Origin: Nannocystaceae bacterium ST9
GTDB lineage: Bacteria > Myxococcota_A > Polyangia > Nannocystales > Nannocystaceae
Direction: 5' to 3'
Length of the DNA stretch: 64,000 bases
NCBI GenBank assembly: GCA_048320885.1
Contig: JBLWFJ010000001.1
Span: forward strand, 1,413,642 to 1,477,641
Part shown: positions 7,258 to 15,023 of the stretch, piece by piece
Position numbering within the stretch: the first letter of the stretch is position 1
Layout: every line of letters starts with the position of its first letter
Made by a program: the position numbers and the translations under genes
Notes under the pieces: generated by a model
Told to the model about the DNA's origin: nothing
The model's database searches: none
Seen by the model: the letters and a program-made list of their open reading frames with translations, nothing else

Positions 7258-10159
7258 CCTGGATCACCACGCCGGCCGCCCGCTCGGTGTCGAGCGTGAC
7301 CGACGTCCCGATCGGCGCGATCAGTCGATACTGCAAGACATAGCGGCGACCGATCACGTCGTAGCCGTCGATGGCCGTGATCACGTCGCCGACCTGCAGG
7401 CCCGCGCGTTCGGCCGGACCCCCGGATACGATCGCCTCGACCCGCCCGTCCTGCTCGGCTTGGTCGCCGACGTGATCCCAGCGCGCCAGCGTGAACCCGA
7501 ACGAGGCCCGCGGCTCGTCGCCCTGCACTCGCCGCGAGGGGATCGCCAGATCACCGACCTCGAGCGGATTGCCCGGATCGACCGTCACCGTCAGGTGGGC
7601 CTCGGTGAGATCGGGCGGTCGAGCGTCGAGGTTCTCCGGGATCACGTGCAGCGTCACGCGTCCGGTCGGCGGATCCGAGACCACGAAGTGGCCCTGATCG
7701 TCGCTGACGTTGCGCGCGTCCTCTCGCGTGTAGCGGCTGCGCATCTGGGCCGCGAGCGAGGTCGCGACCACGCGAAACCCGGCCAGCGGAGCGCTGGTCT
7801 CGAGTCGCACGACTCGGCCGGACAGCATCGTGCGATCGTCGAGCGCCACGTCGCCGACGTCGACCTCGCCCTCGGCCTCGACCTCGGCCTCGGCGACGCC
7901 CGCCCCCGCGCTGGCGTGCACTCGAATCGCGTAGTCGCCGGCAGGTAGACCGGTGATCGACCAGCGCCCTTGCGAGCGCAAGAACGCCTCGCGCCGGCGG
8001 ACCTGCGCGTCGGCACGCACGACCTCGACGACCAACATGTCGGGCGCACGACCATCGCTCGAGTAGTGGGCCTTGCCGGTGATCTCGCCCGTGCCATGCA
8101 CGACCAGCTCGACCCGATCGCCCGGCGCGACCTCGGTCTGCCGAGCCTCGCCGCCACCTCGGACTCGCGCGCTCAGGGTGTAGCGATCCGGCTGCAGGTT
8201 GCGAATCTCGAACGAGCCGTCGAGCTCGGTCATCTTCGCCGCGCAGCGCTGACGGGGCAGCGCGCCGCGAGCCGGCTCGCTCGGCTCGGCGCACACGAAC
8301 GCCGAGCTCAGCGGCTCGCCGTCGGCCGCGACCACTCGCCCGGTGATCGCTCCATCGCGCGCCGCGACCACGAACTCGACCTCGCTGCGCCCACCGGCCT
8401 CGACCTTCACGGTCGCGTGGACGGCTTCGGCCCGCTCGGGGTCGACCAGCGACTGTCCGGTCGCACCGATCACGTCGACGCCGTAGTCGCCGGGTGGGAG
8501 GTGCTCGAACACGAAGCGCCCTGCTTCGTCGACGATCGTCTCACCGCGGAATCGCCCGTTGCTCGCGTGGCGCTGGACCAGGACGCGAGCTTCGAGGGCC
8601 GGCGACCCGCCTTGCTCGACCACGCGGCCGACCAACGCCGCGCCAGGACGCAGGCGGACCTCGAGCTCGTCCTCGGAGGGCAGCGTCGACTCGGTCGGCG
8701 TATCGAGCGGAAACCAACCCGGCGCGCTGGCCAGCGCCACGTACTTGCCGGCGTCGAGCCCGGTCAGTTCGAAGCGGCCTTCGTGATCGGCGATCGCGGT
8801 CGCGGCCGGCGTGGTCGCGCGAGTCGAGATCACCGCGACCAGAGCGTCCGGGATCGGCTTCGAGCCCGACTCGTCGAGGACTTGGCCGCGCAGGGTCAGG
8901 CCCTGCTCGACCTCGACGCGCAGCTCGCTTCGATCGTCGCGCACGCCGGACACCCGGACCGACTGCCGCTGCTCGACGGGTCGATGGCCGGCGCAGTCGA
9001 CCGCGACCTGGTACTCGCCCGCGATCGGCAGCGAGAGCTCGACGCGACCCGAGCCGTCGGTCGTCGCCGCGATCGCGAGCCCGATGTCTTCCTGGGTCAG
9101 TCGAAGGTTCGCGCCCGGGCAGCCCTGGCCGGTCTCGCGCACCACCACCTCGACGAGCACCGTGCTCCCGCGGTGAACCAGGATGTCGACGTCTTCTCGC
9201 CGTTCGGCGAACTCCAGCACGATCGCGCCCTCGCTCGTGCCGTAGCCCCAGGGTCCCTGGCTGGTGACCTGGAACGCGCCGGCCGACATGCCCGCGATCC
9301 GATAGCCGCCCGCCGCGTCCGAGCGCACCGAGAAGCGCTCGTCGGCGCGCGCCTGACCATCGTCGTCGCTCCGCCGCGCGATCACGAGGGCGTCGGCGAT
9401 CGGCTCGCGCGTCTCGGCGTCGAGCACCTTCCCGGCGATCACCGACTCGGGCAGGAGTCGGAGCACGACCGGACCGCTGGGCACGATCAATCGCTCTTCG
9501 CTCGCGGCATAACCTTCGGCGACCGCCCGAACCACGACCTGCCCCTGCGCGGCCCACAGCTCGAATTCGCCGCCGGGCCCCGAGTGCGCCGCGGCGAAGC
9601 TCGCCTCGCCGGCATCGACGACGCTGACGAACGCGCCCTCGATCACTCCGCCGGTCGCGTCCTCGATGCGACCGGCGATCCGACTCCCGCCGGGGGTCAA
9701 GATCACGCGAACGAGTCCCTCGCTCGGCTCGAGCTCGCCGAGGCGCGGGATCGAGGCCGGGCGATACCCGGCCGCAGAGACTCCGATGCGCCAGCGCTCG
9801 CCGCTCGGCACTTCCAAGCCGTCCGCGAGCCCGGCGGAGTCGGTGGTCACACAGCGCTGCTCCGCGCTCGAGCGAGCCGGGATCGCCAGACACACGCGAG
9901 CGGACGGGATCGGTGCGTCGGATCGATCGACGACCGCGACCGCGATCGTTCGCGGCTCGGCGCGCTCGATTCGCGACTTGCTGGTTTGGGCTCGGGCAGG
10001 GTCCACGAGCTCGGGCTCAGCTGCGAGTTGCGGCTCGTCCGAGCTCGCGCGCTCGGGCTCGAGACCGAGCCACAGACTCACTCCGAGCACACCGAACGCC
10101 GCGACGAGCAGCGCGAGCAGCCAGGTTGGTCGCGAGTTTCGTGGTTGTCGGATGGTCAT
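7250..10159 (-). CDS. Membrane-anchored protein with many carboxypeptidase-regulatory-like beta-sandwich repeats and a C-terminal PDZ domain
   Basis: The ATG at 10159 overlaps the stop of the upstream gene (ATGA). The N-terminal TM segment is TWLLALLVAAFGVLGVSLWLGL. Recurring ~80-aa units carry the motif G.V.D...G.P...A.V (DSAGLADGLEVPSGERWRIGVSAAGY..., ATTDGSGRVELSLPIAGEYQVAVDCAGHRP...). The C-terminal segment GLQVGDVITAIDGYDV is PDZ-like. Confidence 0.7.
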   Translation of the reverse strand: MTIRQPRNSRPTWLLALLVAAFGVLGVSLWLGLEPERASSDEPQLAAEPELVDPARAQTSKSRIERAEPRTIAVAVVDRSDAPIPSARVCLAIPARSSAEQRCVTTDSAGLADGLEVPSGERWRIGVSAAGYRPASIPRLGELEPSEGLVRVILTPGGSRIAGRIEDATGGVIEGAFVSVVDAGEASFAAAHSGPGGEFELWAAQGQVVVRAVAEGYAASEERLIVPSGPVVLRLLPESVIAGKVLDAETREPIADALVIARRSDDDGQARADERFSVRSDAAGGYRIAGMSAGAFQVTSQGPWGYGTSEGAIVLEFAERREDVDILVHRGSTVLVEVVVRETGQGCPGANLRLTQEDIGLAIAATTDGSGRVELSLPIAGEYQVAVDCAGHRPVEQRQSVRVSGVRDDRSELRVEVEQGLTLRGQVLDESGSKPIPDALVAVISTRATTPAATAIADHEGRFELTGLDAGKYVALASAPGWFPLDTPTESTLPSEDELEVRLRPGAALVGRVVEQGGSPALEARVLVQRHASNGRFRGETIVDEAGRFVFEHLPPGDYGVDVIGATGQSLVDPERAEAVHATVKVEAGGRSEVEFVVAARDGAITGRVVAADGEPLSSAFVCAEPSEPARGALPRQRCAAKMTELDGSFEIRNLQPDRYTLSARVRGGGEARQTEVAPGDRVELVVHGTGEITGKAHYSSDGRAPDMLVVEVVRADAQVRRREAFLRSQGRWSITGLPAGDYAIRVHASAGAGVAEAEVEAEGEVDVGDVALDDRTMLSGRVVRLETSAPLAGFRVVATSLAAQMRSRYTREDARNVSDDQGHFVVSDPPTGRVTLHVIPENLDARPPDLTEAHLTVTVDPGNPLEVGDLAIPSRRVQGDEPRASFGFTLARWDHVGDQAEQDGRVEAIVSGGPAERAGLQVGDVITAIDGYDVIGRRYVLQYRLIAPIGTSVTLDTERAAGVVIQGE

Positions 10160-11916
10160 GCCGCGCTCTCTCGATTCATGAGTCGGTCGATGGAAATGAT
10201 CACGCTCGGCCAATCGCCACGCCCGGTCAGGGCGTCGAGGACACCTTCGTACAGTTCGCGACGCTGCTCGTCACGAATCCGCGCGATGACGAAACTGCGA
10301 GTGACGGAGATCTCCTCGTCCGCCACGGTCGGCCAGTCGGTCTGCGCGGCGAGCCGAATTGCGGCGAGCGTATCGAGGTCGCTGCGGCCCTCGGCGATCG
10401 AGCGTGCACCGACGTACACGAGGACATCGATACACAGGGGGCTGCGACTCCGCTCACCGAGCGCGCACGCCAGCGCGGTCAGCGGGCGCTCGTCTTCGAC
10501 CGGGGCCAGGTACGTAAACAGGTTTCGATGGGCGATCGGCTCGAGCGGTTCGCCCGTGTCGATGTGACCGAGATGATCGAACCGAGCGTCGACCGTCAGG
10601 GCGCGAGCGTCGATGCCCCTGGCGCGGGCCAGCTGAAGCACGTAGTGGCCGAAGCGCTGCTGGGCGTCCGGCACACGCAACAGTGACGACGCGAACTTGC
10701 GCAAGCGATGGTTCCACACCGTGCGCTTGTCGAGCAGCGGATCTTCATCGAACAAGCCGATGGTCTGGTTCCAACCCCACTTGCGGATGCGCCCCTCGCC
10801 GTCCGTCGAGGTCATCACCAGGGTCACCAGCCGCCCGGCGGGCGGGTTGCCCGAAAAGAGACGCCAACGTCGGACCATCCCGATTCGACGAAACAGCGGC
10901 CCGAGCCGCTCGCGGATCACCCTCGACACCAGCGAGCCATGCGGCGGATCCCAATATAGCGCGAACACGACGTACGCGCACGCCACCGATAATCCCAGGA
11001 TCATGCCGAGACTCGTCTGTGGACCCCAGGCGTGGATCGAGATCTCCCCGATCGCGAAGAACCAGCGAGGATCGATGAACACGCACAAACAGCCGAACAT
11101 GATGTAGCTGAACAACCATAGGCTGAATGCATATGCGATCGCCAGATGCAACGCCACGGCGCACACCAAGAGACTCGGCCGAAGTTCGGCGATCCAGAGT
11201 CCGAATCCGAGCGCGAACTCCAGAGCCAACGTGCCCCACGTACCCAGCGCGACCATCGGTCGCGTCATGAAAACTCGCGGAATCGGCAATCGGTGGTTTC
11301 GTATGTCGGCGTTGTTCAAGGGATAGAACACGGCGGTGCCCTCGCGCCAGGCCGCGTGCGCCAGCTTGTACCAGCAGTTGTAGAAATAGAGGACGGCCAA
11401 CTCGATCTGCAACAACCGCATGCCCCAAGGCGGCGCCTCGACTCCGACGCCGAGATCGCCCGCGGTCAGCCAGCGATCCAACGACAACGACGCGGTGCAG
11501 GGCGAGCACGCCAACAGCAGCACGGCCATTCGCAGCACGGCGTCTCCACCATAGAGCACGTAGCGGTTGGCGCGATGGATGCGTCGAAATGTCAGATAGG
11601 CCAAACCGGCGGGGACGCTGCCCCCGAGACCGAGCGCGAGCAAGACCCCGAACCCACAGTGCGCGACGAGATACACCCGTGGCCGCCAGCTCATCTCGAC
11701 GATTCGCCACCACACCCCCGACGCCGAAGGTCGCCGCCGCAGGCCGAGCGCGTCGGGGTTCAGCCAGACGTCGGCGTCGACGAGATGCCGAGCGCCGTCG
11801 ACGACCAACAGCGAGCCGAGCATCGCGCGGGCCATACCCAACCCGAACACCAGGATCGGCGCGGTGAAGAAATCGACCAACCAGGTCGCCAAGGTGGACA
11901 ACGATATCGGCTCCAT
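10156..11916 (-). CDS. Polytopic membrane protein, possible HTTM (vitamin-K gamma-carboxylase-like) superfamily member with a C-terminal soluble domain
   Basis: ATG at 11916 (MEPISLSTLATWLVDFFTAPILVFGLGMA...). About eight hydrophobic helices in the first ~330 aa are followed by a ~250-aa soluble region. The family assignment is pattern-based and unverified. Confidence 0.55.
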   Translation of the reverse strand: MEPISLSTLATWLVDFFTAPILVFGLGMARAMLGSLLVVDGARHLVDADVWLNPDALGLRRRPSASGVWWRIVEMSWRPRVYLVAHCGFGVLLALGLGGSVPAGLAYLTFRRIHRANRYVLYGGDAVLRMAVLLLACSPCTASLSLDRWLTAGDLGVGVEAPPWGMRLLQIELAVLYFYNCWYKLAHAAWREGTAVFYPLNNADIRNHRLPIPRVFMTRPMVALGTWGTLALEFALGFGLWIAELRPSLLVCAVALHLAIAYAFSLWLFSYIMFGCLCVFIDPRWFFAIGEISIHAWGPQTSLGMILGLSVACAYVVFALYWDPPHGSLVSRVIRERLGPLFRRIGMVRRWRLFSGNPPAGRLVTLVMTSTDGEGRIRKWGWNQTIGLFDEDPLLDKRTVWNHRLRKFASSLLRVPDAQQRFGHYVLQLARARGIDARALTVDARFDHLGHIDTGEPLEPIAHRNLFTYLAPVEDERPLTALACALGERSRSPLCIDVLVYVGARSIAEGRSDLDTLAAIRLAAQTDWPTVADEEISVTRSFVIARIRDEQRRELYEGVLDALTGRGDWPSVIISIDRLMNRESAA

Positions 11917-11924
11917 CGGTGTCC

Positions 11925-13172
11925 TCACGCGCGTGGCGCGTCCAGCCACGCGCCCACCCCCTTGCGAACCAACAGCTTGCCGAGCATCAGCTGGTCGTCT
12001 TCGCCCAGTTGGGCGAACGTTCGCACGACCACGGGGCCTTCGGCGCCACAGAGCTGTCGAAGCGAAGCCTCGAACTTGGCCGGCAACAAGAGCGCGTGAT
12101 TGTTGGCCTCGATTCGGCAAGCGGGAAGCCGACCTGGACCCTCGAGCACGCGAATCAAGGGACGGTCGCCCAGCGCGACTCGGCTGTCCAACGTCATCGC
12201 GTCGAGGTCGGCGAGCGCCGCGAGCCGACCCGCGGCCATGCAGTATTGCTGACGCCGGAGATCGTCGTGCAACCGCGCGACACCGGCCTCGGGCTCGAGG
12301 TGCGCCAACGAGCGCTCCAACCCCGCCCGGGTCGCCGCGATGGCGAGCTCGTCCTCGTCGGCCGCAGCGTCGAGGCGAGGCGAAAACAGCGCTCGACGGA
12401 GGGCCGGGTCTTCGGCGATCTCCGCGAGCGCACGATCGAACGCCCGCGAGACCGCGTCGTAGACCGTGAAGGGCCTGACCCCGATCGCCACGTGAATGCT
12501 GACCCCCTCGCTTCGCTCCGCAAAATGAGGAAACCCGCGAGGGATGTAGAGAGTGTCTCCGGGGCCCAACTCCACGTCGAGCACCAGATCGTCGGCGCTG
12601 GTTCGTGCCACACCGAAATTTCGCTGGTGTGGAAGCGGGGCCACGAAGCGCGGTGCGTAGACCTTCCAGCGCTTGCGACCGCGGACCTGCAGGGCGAACA
12701 CGTCGACGATGTCGTAGTGGAGATCGAGCGCCGACTCGGAGGCGGACGTCGGCGTGACGATCACGTGGCCCTCGGTGCAGGAGTTGAACACTCCCGCGAT
12801 CGTCCTGGCGAGCGCACAGATCCGCGGAAAGTTGGTCTCGGTGAAGGTCAACACGAGCGAAGCGCCACGCGCGAACTCGTCGAGCACCCGCTCGGTGTCC
12901 AACTCGTTGGCCAGGTGCTTGTTCGGTGAATAATGACGCGTGGACAGGTACTGTCGTGGTGCGATGGATCCCTCGCGCGACAACCTCAGGGTCGCGCGAT
13001 TGAAAGCGCCAATCAGCAACGCTCGCTCGATCTCGTCGAGATCGACGAGATCACTGAACCGCGAGGGATCGTCGCGGACGATGTGGCGTGCTCGTCGCTC
13101 CCAGAGCGTCGCAGTGAACTCCGCCAAAGTCACCGGCGCCAATAGCTTGGCGATTGCGTCGGCGTCGGTCAT
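11925..13172 (-). CDS. JmjC-domain / cupin-4 family 2OG-Fe(II) oxygenase (RoxA/YcfD-like protein hydroxylase)
   Basis: ATG at 13172 overlaps the upstream stop (ATGA). The motif LDLHYDIVDVFALQVRGRKRWKVY matches the cupin_4 HxD..DVF..Q..G.K.W core. Confidence 0.8.
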   Translation of the reverse strand: MTDADAIAKLLAPVTLAEFTATLWERRARHIVRDDPSRFSDLVDLDEIERALLIGAFNRATLRLSREGSIAPRQYLSTRHYSPNKHLANELDTERVLDEFARGASLVLTFTETNFPRICALARTIAGVFNSCTEGHVIVTPTSASESALDLHYDIVDVFALQVRGRKRWKVYAPRFVAPLPHQRNFGVARTSADDLVLDVELGPGDTLYIPRGFPHFAERSEGVSIHVAIGVRPFTVYDAVSRAFDRALAEIAEDPALRRALFSPRLDAAADEDELAIAATRAGLERSLAHLEPEAGVARLHDDLRRQQYCMAAGRLAALADLDAMTLDSRVALGDRPLIRVLEGPGRLPACRIEANNHALLLPAKFEASLRQLCGAEGPVVVRTFAQLGEDDQLMLGKLLVRKGVGAWLDAPRA

Positions 13173-13954
13173 GGCGCCCCCGCGCGCGACCGAGTCGATA
13201 TCCACCGCGTGCGATCGAGCAATCGATCGACGGCCTCGTCGGTCAGGCGAAATCCACAGCTGACTCGGCGTGTTCGCGTGGTCACGGCATGCCAGAACAA
13301 GGGTGACTCGCTCCTCACCGAGAATAGATTGAGCACACCGGCGCGCTCCGGCATTCGTACGACTCGGGTGCCGTCCCAATAGCGAAAATCGCTGCCCTCG
13401 TCGTCGTCACAATGGACGACGTAGGCTCGCCAGCCGGCCTCCTGGGCTCGATTCGAATGCCAAGGCACGAACCCGCCACGTGGGCACAGGTTCAACCCGC
13501 GAATGCGATCGAAGCCCTCTCCGATGCAGGTCCGCCACGTGGCTTCGAGGGCGCGTATTGCCGGCGCGTGCATGCGGCCGAGCAGGACGCCTCGATACTG
13601 CAACGCCACCCGCCGTCCCCCTCGGCGTAGCTCGCACGCAAACGGATTTGCAGGATCGCTCGCCTGGTGACGAACGACGCCGTCCCACTCGGTCGCTTGG
13701 GCTTCGGCGTACGTGCGTCGACCGGAGTGCCACCAATCACGCAGTTGCTCTTCCACGGTCGCGCGACTCACGTCGACGGCGCCCTGGGTCATGTGACCGA
13801 GTTCCTGGTCTTCGCGGGACAACAGCGGGGCCATGTCGACGATGGGCACGACCTCGCAGAGCGCCTGAGCAATCACCCGAGTCGCCAGCCACGCGCGCGT
13901 CCCCTCGTTCGTCGAACACAGGTCGATCTGATAGACCCACTCACTCATCGACAT
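13169..13954 (-). CDS. Hypothetical protein, 261 aa, possibly a second oxygenase/cupin-like enzyme; first enzyme gene after the precursor-like ORF
   Basis: ATG at 13954 (MSMSEWVYQIDLC...) with non-degenerate composition. Contains WHSN...VVHCDDDEG...FWHAV His/Asp clusters. No family could be recognised with confidence. Confidence 0.5.
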   Translation of the reverse strand: MSMSEWVYQIDLCSTNEGTRAWLATRVIAQALCEVVPIVDMAPLLSREDQELGHMTQGAVDVSRATVEEQLRDWWHSGRRTYAEAQATEWDGVVRHQASDPANPFACELRRGGRRVALQYRGVLLGRMHAPAIRALEATWRTCIGEGFDRIRGLNLCPRGGFVPWHSNRAQEAGWRAYVVHCDDDEGSDFRYWDGTRVVRMPERAGVLNLFSVRSESPLFWHAVTTRTRRVSCGFRLTDEAVDRLLDRTRWISTRSRAGAP

Positions 13955-13983
13955 GCTCGCGGTTCACGAAGGAGGATTGAAGG

Positions 13984-14003
13984 TCCCCGGATCCGTCCGG
14001 GGA
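13984..14003 (-). terminator. Perfect 8-bp stem / 4-nt loop hairpin (TCCCCGGA tccg TCCGGGGA) 6 nt after the precursor stop, a possible partial terminator or attenuator
   Basis: Inverted repeat read directly from the sequence. No strong U-tract follows, so read-through into the enzyme genes is expected. Confidence 0.3.
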
Positions 14004-14009
14004 TTCTCG

Positions 14010-14258
14010 TCAGCCAGACGCGAGATCGTCGGTCAGATCACCAGTGACGTCGTCGGTGTCCGTGGCGTCCGTGGACGTGGACGTGGTGCCGCCGAAGTCA
14101 CCCACCCAATCATTCGATTCGAGTGCAGACACCCGGCCGCCGGCGATTGCGATGAGCCTGGCCTCCCACCACGCGTCGGAGCCAGGTTGGAGTTCGGGTG
14201 TCGTTGGATTCTGTTTATTCTGATCCGATACCGGATCCTGGTCATGTTTCTTGGTCAT
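14010..14258 (-). CDS. Candidate precursor peptide (82 aa): leader ending ...EARLIAIAGG, then an Asp/Thr/Ser-rich acidic core
   Basis: The ATG at 14258 is preceded by GGGAAAA. Codon usage is unusually A/T-rich for this genome (aaa cat gat gta aat aaa aat cca aca gaa caa). Product: MTKKHDQDPVSDQNKQNPTTPELQPGSDAWWEARLIAIAGGRVSALESNDWVGDFGGTTSTSTDATDTDDVTGDLTDDLASG. It is the first gene of the modification/export operon. Confidence 0.4.
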   Translation of the reverse strand: MTKKHDQDPVSDQNKQNPTTPELQPGSDAWWEARLIAIAGGRVSALESNDWVGDFGGTTSTSTDATDTDDVTGDLTDDLASG

Positions 14259-14305
14259 GATTTTCCCATTGTAGCGAAGAGAACACTGCAGCATGCGGCG
14301 CAACC

Positions 14306-14335
14306 TTTGTAGCGCTAATCATTGGCCATGGTCAA
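14306..14335 (-). promoter_or_regulatory. Putative sigma70-like promoter for the precursor operon (TTGACC, 18 nt spacer, TACAAA)
   Basis: Minus-strand reading ...ctcTTGACCatggccaatgattagcgcTACAAAggttgc..., about 50 nt upstream of the ATG, within the AT-richest intergenic stretch of the window. Confidence 0.25.
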
Positions 14336-14497
14336 GAGATATTTACCTCGACAAGCCTGCTGGCCGTAATTTGGATCGAGGTGGCACCCCCACGATGTAT
14401 TCGGCGTTTCGACCACGACAGGATCGACCGAGGATGGCCCAGTCGCCGGGCCGATCACGAGCACGCAGCGTCGCCTCGCGAGCTATCCTCCCCGCCG

Positions 14498-14971
14498 ATG
14501 TCCGAAGAGCCGAGCGACGACCCGACCGACACCCCGATCGAGTACGAGCCGAGCGACGCGCTGATGGACCTCGTCGAGATGGCGATGACCCACGCGCTCG
14601 ACTCGATCGGCGAGGGCGGACCGCTCGTGCCCTTCGTGGTGTTCGTCGCCGCGGGCGAGCGCAAGCTCGAGCGCTTCTTGGTCGGGGCGTCGGACGACGA
14701 GGACAGCTGGGATCTCGGGCTCTCGGTCGAGCAGGCCAAGCAGTTCACGACCACGCTCGCGGGCAAGGCCGAGCTCGCGGCGATGGCCGTCGACGGCCGG
14801 GTTCGCGCCGAGGACGGCTCGCTGCTCGACTGCGTGTTCGTCGAGGCCTTCGAGGCGACCGGGCCCTGCGCGCTGTGTTTTGGGCAGTGTTACCAGCCGG
14901 CGAGCGAGGGCCAGGCGTTCGCGTTGCTCGGCGAGGGCATGCTGCTCGACACGCTCGTACCGATGTGGTGA
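14498..14971 (+). CDS. Hypothetical acidic protein, YbjN-like domain (paralog of 15858..16253)
   Basis: ATG at 14498 (MSEEPSDDPTD...) within ORF 14381..14971. Shares an ...F..(E/D)DEDSW... segment with the downstream YbjN-like gene. Confidence 0.5.
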   Translation: MSEEPSDDPTDTPIEYEPSDALMDLVEMAMTHALDSIGEGGPLVPFVVFVAAGERKLERFLVGASDDEDSWDLGLSVEQAKQFTTTLAGKAELAAMAVDGRVRAEDGSLLDCVFVEAFEATGPCALCFGQCYQPASEGQAFALLGEGMLLDTLVPMW

Positions 14972-15023
14972 GCCCGCTGCCGCTGCGCTTGCGCTCGACC
15001 CAAGGAAGACCAATCCTGTCGTC

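Noticed and set aside
7460-10686. Several 250–865-aa ORFs on both strands inside the PDZ-protein gene
   Set aside because: Low-complexity R/A/G/P translations. The 7250..10159(-) frame carries repeated beta-sandwich motifs and a PDZ domain.
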